The notes under the pieces: model-generated
What the model was told of the DNA's origin: nothing
Database searches by the model: none
The model's input: only the letters and a program-made list of their open reading frames with translations
From: Alphaproteobacteria bacterium
GTDB lineage: Bacteria; Pseudomonadota; Alphaproteobacteria; UBA11073
Assembly (NCBI GenBank): GCA_965246945.1
Contig: CBDFFW010000001.1
Span: forward strand, 1,142,691 to 1,206,690
DNA length: 64,000 nucleotides
Direction: 5' to 3'
Position numbers and translations under genes: made by a program
Shown here: positions 46,737-55,811 of the stretch, in pieces
Layout: every line of letters begins with the position of its first letter
Numbering within the stretch: the stretch's first letter is position 1

Positions 46737-47588
46737 ATGTTTCGACAAATGCTTGAAAGCACGATACACAAAGCCATCGATACCCGTGCCGCCCCATTGC
46801 CAGCACCGCTGCCTTCGACCAAAGCGTTGGGGCAGCATTTTTTGCTGGATCTCAACATCACACGTAAAATCACACGCGTGGTGGGAGATTTAACGGGTAA
46901 AAATGTGTTGGAAGTTGGGCCTGGCCCAGGTGGTTTGACGGCTGCGTTGCTGGAAACCGAACTCACCAGCCTGCAGGTGATTGAATTGGATGAGCGCTGT
47001 TTGCCGCCCCTGCAAAAGCGTGCAAAGATCGATCCACGTTTACTTGTGCATCACGCCGATGCCATGAAATTATCCTTTGATGATCTACAACCGCGCCCCA
47101 CCCATGTGGTCGCCAATCTGCCGTATAATGTCGGTACCGCATTATTGATTCAATGGCTGATTCGTTTTGATGAAATTCAAAATATCACCGTGATGCTGCA
47201 AAAAGAGGTGGTCGACCGGCTGGTGGCCAAAGCAGGCGGCAAGGTTTACGGCCGCCTATCCGTCATGGCCCAAGCGTTCTGGCAGGTCAAAAAAATATTT
47301 GATGTGCCGGCCAGCGCTTTTGTGCCGCCGCCGAAGGTGACTTCCAGCATTGTGCAACTCGTGCCGCGTGCGCAACCAGCAGATATTTCTTGGGAAAAGT
47401 TAGAAAAAGTCGTCGCTATGACTTTTAACCAGCGCCGCAAAATGATCCGCAAAACGCTGCTGCCGTTAACCTGGGGCGATGAAGCAAGATTGGCTACTTT
47501 ACTTGATACGGTTGGCCTTGCGCCAACGCTGAGGCCAGAAGAACTAACAGTAGCGCAGTTTGTGCAATTAGCGAAAACCTCATCCTAA
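46737..47588 (+). CDS. rsmA: 16S rRNA (adenine1518/1519-N6)-dimethyltransferase
   Basis: Contains LGQHFLLD, VLEVGPGPGGLT, VVANLPYNVGT and FNQRRK. The likely start is MFRQMLE at 46737. Confidence 0.93.
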   Translation: MFRQMLESTIHKAIDTRAAPLPAPLPSTKALGQHFLLDLNITRKITRVVGDLTGKNVLEVGPGPGGLTAALLETELTSLQVIELDERCLPPLQKRAKIDPRLLVHHADAMKLSFDDLQPRPTHVVANLPYNVGTALLIQWLIRFDEIQNITVMLQKEVVDRLVAKAGGKVYGRLSVMAQAFWQVKKIFDVPASAFVPPPKVTSSIVQLVPRAQPADISWEKLEKVVAMTFNQRRKMIRKTLLPLTWGDEARLATLLDTVGLAPTLRPEELTVAQFVQLAKTSS

Positions 47589-47600
47589 ACTGAAGTGCCT

Positions 47601-47632
47601 AGTTAAGCATCCTTCGACAAGCTCAGGATGAG
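47601..47632. repeat. Half copy of the family B palindromic element
   Basis: AGTTAAGCATCCTTCGACAAGCTCAGGATGAGG is identical over 33 nt to 63451-63483. Confidence 0.75.
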
Positions 47633-47647
47633 GTCGTATAAGTTACT

Positions 47648-48706
47648 ATGATTAAATCCACCCGTCCGCTCGCCTACTGGCTGTTTGTTTGCGCCGTGAT
47701 GGTGTGGTTGATGGCGATTATCGGGGCGGCGACGCGGTTGACGGAATCGGGCTTGTCGATTGTCGATTGGCGGCCGGTCAGCGGGATAATGCCGCCGCTT
47801 AGCGACAGCGATTGGGCAGGGGAATTCGCTAAATACCAAACCAGCCCGCAATATCAACAGGTCAATCGCGGCATGGAATTGGCCGAGTTTAAAAAAATTT
47901 ACTGGTGGGAGTGGGTGCACCGCTTTTGGGGCCGGTTAATCGGCCTTGTATTTGCCGTGCCATTGGCGTTTTTCTGGCTGCGTAAAATGATCCCGGCCGA
48001 TTACAAACTGCCGATGCTGGGTGTGCTGGCGCTTGGCGGCAGCCAAGGAGTGTTGGGCTGGGCGATGGTGGCCAGCGGGTTGGTGGATGAACCCGCAGTC
48101 AGCCATTATCGTTTGGCGTCGCATTTGATATTGGCGGCGATAATTTATGCCACGTTGCTGTGGTTTGCCTTGAAATTCTGGCGCTTCAACCGCTTGGCAA
48201 CACCGGTGCCGGCTGGCTTGCGCAAACATGCTATTGCGATGTTGTGTGTGCTGCTGATCACAATGTTTTGGGGTTCGATGGTCGCGGGTTTGCGGGCTGG
48301 ATTAATTTATAATGAATTTCCCTTGATGGGCGGGCAGGTGCTGCCGCCGGAGATGTGGCATATGCAGCCGGTGTGGCTGAACTTTTTTGCCAATCACGCT
48401 GCGGTGCAATTCACCCATCGTTGCCTAGGGATTTTAACCGCATTAATGGGTTTAGGATTAGCGACGCGCGGTTGGTTTAAGGTAATACAGCCAAGCATTC
48501 GTAAATTGAGTTTAGCCATTGGCGCAACGGCGCTGATTCAAGCCAGTTTTGGGGTGGTTACTTTGTTATCGCAGGTGCAGCTGCATGTGGCAGTGGCGCA
48601 TCAGGCAGTGGCGTTTGTGTTGCTGGGCTTACTGGTGGCGTGGTTACGCTTAACCACAGCAGAATTGCCGCTCCCAGCACAATCCGGTACCAGCCAAAGG
48701 GCGTGA
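47648..48706 (+). CDS. ctaA: Heme A synthase (COX15/CtaA)
   Basis: 352 aa, multi-TM, with RLTESGLSIVDW.P..G..PP and the conserved His pairs (WEWVHR, QFTHR, VAVAHQ). Confidence 0.9.
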   Translation: MIKSTRPLAYWLFVCAVMVWLMAIIGAATRLTESGLSIVDWRPVSGIMPPLSDSDWAGEFAKYQTSPQYQQVNRGMELAEFKKIYWWEWVHRFWGRLIGLVFAVPLAFFWLRKMIPADYKLPMLGVLALGGSQGVLGWAMVASGLVDEPAVSHYRLASHLILAAIIYATLLWFALKFWRFNRLATPVPAGLRKHAIAMLCVLLITMFWGSMVAGLRAGLIYNEFPLMGGQVLPPEMWHMQPVWLNFFANHAAVQFTHRCLGILTALMGLGLATRGWFKVIQPSIRKLSLAIGATALIQASFGVVTLLSQVQLHVAVAHQAVAFVLLGLLVAWLRLTTAELPLPAQSGTSQRA

Positions 48707-49439
48707 AGCCATGTTTTTGAATAAAGCCAATCAATACTTTAACGACCATTAAAGCGACAATAAATGCTGTGATAAAACCCACGGCGATCAGGTTAAAACC
48801 AGCAAACGAAATTTCATGTCGTGCTTTGTATATTGTGTAGGCGCTGGCACCCAACATAGTTGGGATGGCTAAAAAAAATGAAAACTCGGCAGCGGCTCGG
48901 CGCGATAAGCCCAGCAGGGTGCCACCAATAATGGTGGCACCGGAACGCGAAGTGCCAGGGATCATTGCCAAAATTTGAAACAAACCAATTTTGAAAGCGG
49001 TGCCAGGCGTAATGTCATCCACCGTTGGCATGCGATCGACAGGATCGAACTGCTTTTCAATAACAATGATCGCAATGCCGCCAATAATCAGGGCCAGCGC
49101 CACCGTTAAGGGTGAAAACAGATATTGGGTGATGAAATGCGCCAGCAACACACCGGCAATGCCAGCTGGCAAAAAGGCGATCATGATATTGGCAGTAAAA
49201 ATTTGCGCTTGGCGATACTGCGGTAAAAACCGGATGGTTTGCCATAATTTGCGCCAATACAAAACACAAACGGCTAAAATGGCCCCCAGTTGAATCACGA
49301 TTTCAAACAATTTACCAGGCGTATGTAAACCGCCAAAAAATTGTTCGGCCAGAATTAAATGGCCGGTGGAGGAAACCGGCAAAAATTCGGTTAATCCTTC
49401 AACAATACCCAGCAAAATGGCGTTTAGATAATCGTGCAT
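48558..49439 (-). CDS. uppP: Undecaprenyl-diphosphate phosphatase (BacA/UppP)
   Basis: 293 aa with EGLTEFLPVSSTGHL and PGTSRSGATI. The Pro-rich C-terminal tail of about 30 aa is antisense to the 3' end of ctaA, giving a 149-nt convergent overlap. Confidence 0.9.
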   Translation of the reverse strand: MHDYLNAILLGIVEGLTEFLPVSSTGHLILAEQFFGGLHTPGKLFEIVIQLGAILAVCVLYWRKLWQTIRFLPQYRQAQIFTANIMIAFLPAGIAGVLLAHFITQYLFSPLTVALALIIGGIAIIVIEKQFDPVDRMPTVDDITPGTAFKIGLFQILAMIPGTSRSGATIIGGTLLGLSRRAAAEFSFFLAIPTMLGASAYTIYKARHEISFAGFNLIAVGFITAFIVALMVVKVLIGFIQKHGFTPFGWYRIVLGAAILLWLSVTTPPVSPATQTPLPDAPLPHAAAPAITK

Positions 49440-49557
49440 GTCTTTGCTTTAACTGCTTTGCGTCTGGCTGGCCATAGTCATCCAAAATTTTTATAAAAAT
49501 GACGTGGTGGGCATGTGCATTTTAGTATGCAGCGCTTATCATCAATAAGAATCATTT

Positions 49558-50229
49558 ATGCGACTGCTTTACCATTTTCCGCTATGGCCTGGCTGCCGGC
49601 TGGTGCGGCTGGTGCTGGCTGAGAAAAAACTGCAATTTAAAGCTGAAGCGGTTGATCCGGTGCATTTATCGTCAGCACTGTTAAATTATTGCCCGCGCGG
49701 CGAATTACCGACATTATTGGATGAAGATAAACGGCCATTTAGCGGTGCTGGCGCCATTGTGGAATATTTGGAAGAACAATTTCCATTGGAAGCCAAGTTG
49801 TTGGGCAATGATTCATATACCCGTGCATATCTGCGCGGCTTGGCCGGTTGGTGGCGGGAGCAATTTGCGTTTGAGGTGACCAATAAATTATTTGGTGAGA
49901 AGTTGCTAAAGCGAATTATGCGCACGGGTTCGCCCAGTTCCGGTGCGATTCGTGAGGGCAAGGAGCGTTTGCCTTATTATTTGCGGCTGATTGAAGAAAC
50001 CATGCAAAATCACCGCTGGCTCACCGGTGAGCAATTAACGCTGGTTGATTTTGAAGCTGCTGCCCAATTTTCGGTGATTGATTATTTAGGCGATGTACCG
50101 TGGGAGCAATTTCCTGAGGCGAAAATGTGGTATATGCGTTTGAAATCGCGGCCTAGTTTCCGGCCATTATTGGAAGATCGTTATATTGGCTTGGCACCGG
50201 CACCGCATTATAGTGAAATTGATTTTTAA
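49558..50229 (+). CDS. Glutathione S-transferase family protein
   Basis: 223 aa with an N-terminal thioredoxin-like GST fold (LYHFPLWPGCRLVRLVLAEK, GELPTL) and a helical C-terminal domain. Confidence 0.75.
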   Translation: MRLLYHFPLWPGCRLVRLVLAEKKLQFKAEAVDPVHLSSALLNYCPRGELPTLLDEDKRPFSGAGAIVEYLEEQFPLEAKLLGNDSYTRAYLRGLAGWWREQFAFEVTNKLFGEKLLKRIMRTGSPSSGAIREGKERLPYYLRLIEETMQNHRWLTGEQLTLVDFEAAAQFSVIDYLGDVPWEQFPEAKMWYMRLKSRPSFRPLLEDRYIGLAPAPHYSEIDF

Positions 50230-50256
50230 AGGAGAGACCAGGGATGCGTTTAGCAA

Positions 50257-50970
50257 TTGTTATTTTTAATGCTTATCGGCGGCTTGTTGCCGGTTACCGC
50301 CCAGGCGCAGCAAATGGCGCCTTATAAGCCGGATGATCAAATTGTTTTACGCTTGAGCCAAGAAGATTATGTAACCGCTAAAACCGCGCGGGTAACATTG
50401 AATGTTACCGCGGCGCAAAAGGGCAGCGATGCTGGTAAAATTCGGGCCGATATGTTGGTTGTTGTGGCTAAAGTGAATAAGGATGCCAATTGGCGTGTCA
50501 TTAGTTTTGATCAAAGTAAAGATGATGCGGGGTTGGTGCGTTGGAATGCGCAATTGGAAGCCCGTTTGCCGGAAACGGCCTTGGGTAAGCTGGATGAAAC
50601 CGTGCAAAGTATCAGCAAACCAGGCGTGCAATTTAAAGTTGGGGAGATTGATTTCTCACCAACTTTAGCCGAACAAGAAGCTGGCTATGCCAAATTGCGT
50701 GAGCAGATTTATCAGCGGGCGCAAGAAGAATTGGCTCGGATTAATACACAATTCAAAGGGCGCACTTACCGCATTGCCCGTGTCGATTTTGCCTCCAATT
50801 ATGGTATGTCGCGGCCAATGATGGCCAAAGCCATGCGCGCGCCAATGGCTGATGCAGAAATGTCGGTGGCAGGCTCAGCCGGAATGTCCAGCAGTACAGC
50901 GGGCGGAATGTCCGTTGATCAAAAAATCATATTAGATGCGACAGCGACTTTTGCCGTGACATCGCCATAA
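50257..50970 (+). CDS. Secreted hypothetical protein (possibly SIMPL/DUF541-like); 5' end uncertain
   Basis: 237-aa ORF whose N-terminus is the back half of a signal peptide (LMLIGGLLPVTAQA/QQ). A well-placed ATG at 50244 behind AGGAGA is in a different frame, which suggests a frameshift or sequencing error near the T5 run at 50260-50266. Confidence 0.55.
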   Translation: MLFLMLIGGLLPVTAQAQQMAPYKPDDQIVLRLSQEDYVTAKTARVTLNVTAAQKGSDAGKIRADMLVVVAKVNKDANWRVISFDQSKDDAGLVRWNAQLEARLPETALGKLDETVQSISKPGVQFKVGEIDFSPTLAEQEAGYAKLREQIYQRAQEELARINTQFKGRTYRIARVDFASNYGMSRPMMAKAMRAPMADAEMSVAGSAGMSSSTAGGMSVDQKIILDATATFAVTSP

Positions 50971-51773
50971 ACCCGAATATGGGTGGCTGCGGGGATGGGC
51001 TTGTTATCATTACTCGCCCAGCGTTTGGAAAGACTTTGAATATCAAGAAATTGCACAACACTTTCTTGTCTTAAAAAATTTAAAAGCTTGGTTAAAAACT
51101 GCCAACTAGCATTATCCATAACCAAATGATGGGACATAATACCGATAGGTTTATCAAATTGTTGATCGGTGCGGCGCTGCTTTAATTGTTTAAGAATTGC
51201 TTTAATTGTCCGCGTTGTCCCGCGAAATTTAGGGTATTTGCGCCAGCGTAAGATATCGATATGGACATTCAATTGTTTAAATTTGGACGGCATTTGATTG
51301 GCCGCACCATCATGGAAAGAAACCAAATCATACTGATCAAATTCCGGCCAATGCTTGGCTGCTAAATTATTCCAAGGCGCCACAAAGCCAGTGACAAATT
51401 GTTTCGCAAACATGGCCTTTAATAAATTGCGGCCAGTTCTTAACTCCTGGCGAATAATTTCAGAATCGCGGGAGGAGCCAAATTCAGAAAAAGGCTGTTC
51501 AGGTAATTCATAATTTCGGTGTTGCCAGCCATGTTGCAGAATAGAAATTTGCGGTAAATTTTTAATTTGCTGCAACAATGTGACATGCGCGAATTTCGGA
51601 ATCACAGACAGCGCCACGGGAATTTTGGTTTGTTGATGTAAATCGATTAATTTCTGCAAAGCAGGTGTATCCTGAGTTGCGTCATCATCACGCCACCAAA
51701 AATGGCATTGTTGGCCGTTTTGCTGCCACAGAGAGAGCTCTTTTTTAATGGCGGCAAAAAGATTCGTTCGCAT
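50919..51773 (-). CDS. Hypothetical protein, possibly polysaccharide-deacetylase-like
   Basis: 284-aa ORF with WWRDDDA...IPVALSVIP...HGWQH reminiscent of NodB-fold or DUF2334-type deacetylases. This is a weak, by-eye assignment. It overlaps the convergent upstream gene by 52 nt. Confidence 0.45.
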   Translation of the reverse strand: MRTNLFAAIKKELSLWQQNGQQCHFWWRDDDATQDTPALQKLIDLHQQTKIPVALSVIPKFAHVTLLQQIKNLPQISILQHGWQHRNYELPEQPFSEFGSSRDSEIIRQELRTGRNLLKAMFAKQFVTGFVAPWNNLAAKHWPEFDQYDLVSFHDGAANQMPSKFKQLNVHIDILRWRKYPKFRGTTRTIKAILKQLKQRRTDQQFDKPIGIMSHHLVMDNASWQFLTKLLNFLRQESVVQFLDIQSLSKRWASNDNKPIPAATHIRVYGDVTAKVAVASNMIF

Positions 51774-51903
51774 TCAGACTATTATAAAGCCTTTACACAA
51801 AATTTATAGTATTAGTTTAAATGTGATAATATATATTATGTTAAATTATCGACGGTTCATTTAACTTATTGCCAATTATCAGTTTTTCAATAAATTAGCG
51901 GTC

Positions 51904-52347
51904 ATGACCGACACAAAACCATCTATTCTCGAAGAATTCAAAGCTTTTATTACCCGTGGTAATGTGATGGATTTGGCGGTCGGCGTGATCATTGGTGCCG
52001 CGTTTACCTCGATTGTTGATTCGCTGGTTAAAGATATTTTCAGCCCGCTGATCGGTTTGGCCACCGGCAAAATCGATTTTTCAGATTTGTTTGTGTCGTT
52101 GGATGCTGGTAGTTACGCCAATCTTACAGCAGCCAGAACCGCTGGTGCGCCGGTTATTGCTTATGGTTTATTTTTAAATGCGATTATCAAATTTTTGATT
52201 GTAGCCCTGGTTGTTTTTTTTCTGGTAAGGCAAATCAATAAATTATTACGTACCCAAAAAGCTGTTGATGCTTTCGCTGCGCCACCACGCCAAGAAGTTT
52301 TGCTGCAAGAAATTCGCGATGCCATTCGGCAAAAACCAAATGTTTAA
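51904..52347 (+). CDS. mscL: Large-conductance mechanosensitive channel
   Basis: 147 aa with EFKAFITRGNVMDLAVGVIIGAAFTSIV and GLFLNAIIKFLIVALVVFFLV. Confidence 0.95.
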   Translation: MTDTKPSILEEFKAFITRGNVMDLAVGVIIGAAFTSIVDSLVKDIFSPLIGLATGKIDFSDLFVSLDAGSYANLTAARTAGAPVIAYGLFLNAIIKFLIVALVVFFLVRQINKLLRTQKAVDAFAAPPRQEVLLQEIRDAIRQKPNV

Positions 52348-53637
52348 TTAAGCCGCACGATGGCCGATATCTTTACGGTAAAAGCCATCTGGCCAGTTGA
52401 TTTTGCTGATTGCCTGATATGCCGCTGCTTTAGCAGCTGTTAAATCTGCGCCTAGACCCACAATATTCAATACACGACCGCCATATGCTTGGAGCTGACC
52501 ATTCACCTGCGTAGTACCAGCATGAAATAGCAAGCTATCGGGTGTAAGCTGTAAATTATCAGCACCTTGAATAACAGTGTTTTTAACATAATCCCCTGGA
52601 TAACCGTTGGCGGCATAAACAATGCAAACAGCGGCTTGATCGGTGAAAGTGAGCGGCGTGGTTGGCAGATGCCCGCGGGCCGCTTGGTCAAACAAGGCCA
52701 ATAAATCATCCTGCAAACGCGGCAAAATCACTTGGGTTTCGGGATCGCCAAAACGGGTATTAAATTCGAGTAGTTTCATTGCCGGTATGGTGTTAATGCG
52801 ATCGATCATCAAACCGGCAAATAAAATGCCAGTGAATGGTGTGCCGCGCATGGCCATCGCATCTAATGTCGGTTGCACCATGGTTTCCAATGCTTGTTGT
52901 TCCAATTCTGCATTCCACCAGGGCACGGGCGCATAAGTACCCATACCGCCGGTATTGGGACCTTGATCGCCATCAAAGGCACGTTTGTGATCCTGAGCAG
53001 CACCAATGGCTACGGTTGAACGGCCGCTGCATAAAGCAAAGAAACTGATTTCTTCACCAGCCAAAAATTCTTCGATGACAATTTCGCTGCCTGCGGCACC
53101 AAATTCCAAATCCACCAGCATTATATGCACAGCGGCCTGTGCTTCCGCTTTGGTTTGGGCGATAATCACGCCCTTACCAGCCGCCAAACCATCGGCTTTA
53201 ATGACCGCCGGCATGGGATGGTTTTCCAAATACGCTTGGGCCGCTGCTACATCGGTAAAGCGGGCATAACGCGCCGTTGGCACCCCTGCTCGACTGCATA
53301 AATCTTTCATGAAAACTTTGGATGATTCTAATTGTGCACCGGCCTGATCCGGACCAAAGGCGCGGATACCCACAACACGTAGCGTATCCACTAAACCTGC
53401 CGCCAATGGTATTTCAGGGCCAACAACCACTAAATCAATTTGCAGTTTTTGCGTTAGGGCGACCAAACCAGTAATATCATCTGCTTTGACCGTGTGGCAT
53501 TGTGCATGCTGGCCAATACCTGGATTACCTGGTGCCGCATGTAATTCAGCCAGCAATGGCGATTGGCTGATTTTCCAGCAAATAGCGTGTTCCCGCCCAC
53601 CGCTGCCGATCACTAAAACCTTTAATTTATCTGCCAT
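52348..53637 (-). CDS. purD: Phosphoribosylamine--glycine ligase
   Basis: 429 aa with KVLVIGSGGREHA, VVGPE.PL, an ATP-grasp AAGKGV loop, and EFN.RFGDPETQ. Confidence 0.96.
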   Translation of the reverse strand: MADKLKVLVIGSGGREHAICWKISQSPLLAELHAAPGNPGIGQHAQCHTVKADDITGLVALTQKLQIDLVVVGPEIPLAAGLVDTLRVVGIRAFGPDQAGAQLESSKVFMKDLCSRAGVPTARYARFTDVAAAQAYLENHPMPAVIKADGLAAGKGVIIAQTKAEAQAAVHIMLVDLEFGAAGSEIVIEEFLAGEEISFFALCSGRSTVAIGAAQDHKRAFDGDQGPNTGGMGTYAPVPWWNAELEQQALETMVQPTLDAMAMRGTPFTGILFAGLMIDRINTIPAMKLLEFNTRFGDPETQVILPRLQDDLLALFDQAARGHLPTTPLTFTDQAAVCIVYAANGYPGDYVKNTVIQGADNLQLTPDSLLFHAGTTQVNGQLQAYGGRVLNIVGLGADLTAAKAAAYQAISKINWPDGFYRKDIGHRAA

Positions 53638-53682
53638 TTAATAAGGTTAAATAATATATTAAAGTATCGCAAGATTCGTTAA

Positions 53683-53937
53683 TCAATAGTGAAATTTACA
53701 TTGCGCAATAGTGATTGTGTCGCCATCAACTTCATAAACTAAACGATGCTCGTCATCAATTCGGCGTGACCAAAACCCACTATATTCATATTTAAGCGCT
53801 TCTGGTTTGCCAATACCAATATAGGGATTGCGCTGAATATCTTTAATTAATGCGTTTATTTTTTGAAATTTCTTTTTATCAAAAAGACCAAATTCCATAT
53901 AAGCTTTGAGCGCTTTGTCTTCAAATTTAACGGGCAT
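53683..53937 (-). CDS. yoeB: YoeB/Txe-family type II toxin
   Basis: Contains KINALIKDIQRNPY.GIGKPEALKYEYSGFWSRRIDDEHRLVYEV.GD.I.I..CKFHY. The start shares 1 nt with the yefM stop. Confidence 0.88.
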   Translation of the reverse strand: MPVKFEDKALKAYMEFGLFDKKKFQKINALIKDIQRNPYIGIGKPEALKYEYSGFWSRRIDDEHRLVYEVDGDTITIAQCKFHY

Positions 53938-54242
53938 CAACTATCTGTTTTCTTTTTTTCTGCTTCAGTTTCGGCAAAAGCAATTGCATCTTCCAAAGTG
54001 TTAAAGGTAGTTAAATTCCGATTGGCTTTTACATCGGCAATTGCTTCTTTTAAAGCCTTACGATTGGCTTCCGTACTCATTAAATAAGCGGTTTCTTCAT
54101 AAGAAGAAAACTGATCAAGCGACATAATAACAAGAGGTTTTTTATTACCACGCGTTAATAACATTGGCGTATAATCTTGCTCTACTTGATCAGCCGCTTT
54201 GGCAGTATGCTTGCGAAATTCTGTAATTGTCATATGGTGCAT
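53937..54242 (-). CDS. yefM: Phd/YefM-family antitoxin
   Basis: 101 aa with ITEFRKHTAKAADQVEQDYTPMLLTRGNKKPLVIMSLDQFSSYEETAYL. Confidence 0.85.
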   Translation of the reverse strand: MHHMTITEFRKHTAKAADQVEQDYTPMLLTRGNKKPLVIMSLDQFSSYEETAYLMSTEANRKALKEAIADVKANRNLTTFNTLEDAIAFAETEAEKKKTDS

Positions 54243-54248
54243 ATTAAA

Positions 54249-54274
54249 TACATTATAACGTATTCAATAATGTA
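54249..54274. promoter_or_regulatory. Inverted repeat TACATTAT-N10-ATAATGTA upstream of yefM; candidate operator
   Basis: Read directly, 7-32 nt upstream of the yefM ATG. It contains the GTAC core known from E. coli yefM-yoeB operators (from memory). Confidence 0.4.
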
Positions 54275-54302
54275 CGTCAATAAGTATTAGCAGGCATATA
54301 AA

Positions 54303-55418
54303 TTAACCCATTACCCGCATTGGCATTAGTACAAAAAGACTGTTTTCATTATCCTTATCGCGGATAATGGCGGGTTGGGAGCCATCGGCCAGGCGGATGG
54401 TGCAGGTTTCGCCATCAATCTGGCTAGTGATATCTTGTAAGTAGCGCGCATTGAAGCCGATTTCGATGGGCGGGCCGGCATATTGAATTTCGACTTCTTC
54501 CACTGCCGAGCCGCTTTCCGGACTTTGCGCCGACAGGGTCATCGTTGCGCCATCAATGGTCATTTTAATGGTGCGGGTCTTATCGGTTGCGACTGTGGAA
54601 ACGCGGTCAACGGCCGCGGCCAAATCCTTGGTTAATACTTCCAGCATGTTTTCGTTCGCAGCTGGAATCACACGTTCGTAATCCGGATAAGTGCCATCAA
54701 TTAATTTTGAAGTGAGTCGCACATTACCGAATTTGAATTGAATTTTAGCTGCTGAAACCGCGACCTCGACTGAAGACGCATTTTCATCCAACAATTTACG
54801 TAATTCAGTAACTGTTTTACGCGGGATAATCACGCCTGGAATTTCAGATGCGCCATCCGGCAAGCTCATTTCAATGCGTGCGAGGCGGTGACCATCGGTC
54901 GCCACAGTCCGTAAAAATGAACCGGTCGCCGCATGCATATACATGCCGTTTAAATAATACCTTGTTTCCTCGGTCGACATGGCGAATTTTGCACGGTCGA
55001 TCAAGCCTTTAAGTTCAGTTGGTGACAGCGTGAAACGCATAGCCAGATCATCACCGCTTAATTGCGGGAAATCGGCCACGGGCAAACAGCCGAGTTTAAA
55101 GTTCGAGCGACCCGCAGTCAGCGTGAGCATGGAGGCATTATTGCCGCCAGCCAAATCAATCATCACGCCATCCGGCAATTTGCGGACGATATCGTATAAA
55201 GTATGAGCCGGTGTGGTGGTCGCGCCGCCCTGGCTAACTTTCGCGCTAATACTCTCAACAACCTGTAGGTCCATATCAGTTGCAGAGAGCGATAAATTAT
55301 CGCCATCCGCTTGCAATAAGACATTGGCAAGTATGGGAATGGTGTTCCGTTTTTCAACAATTGATTGCACATGAGCGAGTGCTTTAACGAGCGTGGCGCG
55401 GTCGATACTGAGTTTCAT
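54303..55418 (-). CDS. dnaN: DNA polymerase III beta sliding clamp
   Basis: 371 aa with MKLSIDR..L......V....E.RNTIPIL.NVLL, ATDGHRLA, and the C-terminal LMPMRV. Confidence 0.95.
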   Translation of the reverse strand: MKLSIDRATLVKALAHVQSIVEKRNTIPILANVLLQADGDNLSLSATDMDLQVVESISAKVSQGGATTTPAHTLYDIVRKLPDGVMIDLAGGNNASMLTLTAGRSNFKLGCLPVADFPQLSGDDLAMRFTLSPTELKGLIDRAKFAMSTEETRYYLNGMYMHAATGSFLRTVATDGHRLARIEMSLPDGASEIPGVIIPRKTVTELRKLLDENASSVEVAVSAAKIQFKFGNVRLTSKLIDGTYPDYERVIPAANENMLEVLTKDLAAAVDRVSTVATDKTRTIKMTIDGATMTLSAQSPESGSAVEEVEIQYAGPPIEIGFNARYLQDITSQIDGETCTIRLADGSQPAIIRDKDNENSLFVLMPMRVMG

Positions 55419-55661
55419 TTCATGCGGACACTAGCGTAACCTTAGACGCGGAGCAAGCAGCAGAATACTATTGGCCACAAAATATCGTGTGGTGTGTCTG
55501 CTAAAAAAAGAGTCGTGAGGCCGGTCAACCAAAAATATTTTTCTGTGGGTAATTTTAGAGCGCTGTGGAAGAGTGTTTTAAACAGCTGAATTTATAGAAA
55601 ATTAACCATTAATTTGGCTGCCTTTTGAAAAACCTTATCAAAAACTTTTTTATTGTATGTA

Positions 55662-55707
55662 ACAAAATATGGTATTCTTATAGAGAGACAGACACAATCT
55701 GTTGTGC
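55662..55707. promoter_or_regulatory. Possible tandem NrdR boxes upstream of nrdA
   Basis: ACACAATCTGTTGTGC (55692-55707) matches 13/16 positions of the remembered NrdR consensus ACACwAtATaTwGTGT. A weaker ACAAAATATGGTATTC lies 30 nt upstream. Both are about 105-150 nt before the nrdA ATG. Confidence 0.3.
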
Positions 55708-55811
55708 ATGGTTACTTTTTAGCTTTCTTGTTTGAAGGTTAATAATGCCCCTAGACAGGGCGTTGAAAAAGCGCCAATTGTGTGTACCTTTGTTAAAGCC
55801 TGGAGGCCAAA

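Noticed and set aside
46679-46966. Upstream 99 codons of the 219-aa ORF 46307..46966
   Set aside because: They are antisense to the rsmA 5' region. The DUF305 protein starts with its signal peptide at 46669/46678.
47603-47920. 105-aa minus-strand ORF, and the 60-aa ORF 63454..63636, both ending ...LSLSKDA
   Set aside because: The shared C-terminus is just the family B repeat translated. Both ORFs are antisense to or overlap real genes (ctaA, tilS).
55419-55811. Cobalamin riboswitch upstream of the ribonucleotide reductase gene
   Set aside because: The enzyme has the class I SNLCSEI active site and a C-terminal CxxC pair, so it is not a B12-dependent class II enzyme. No B12-box-like element was seen.
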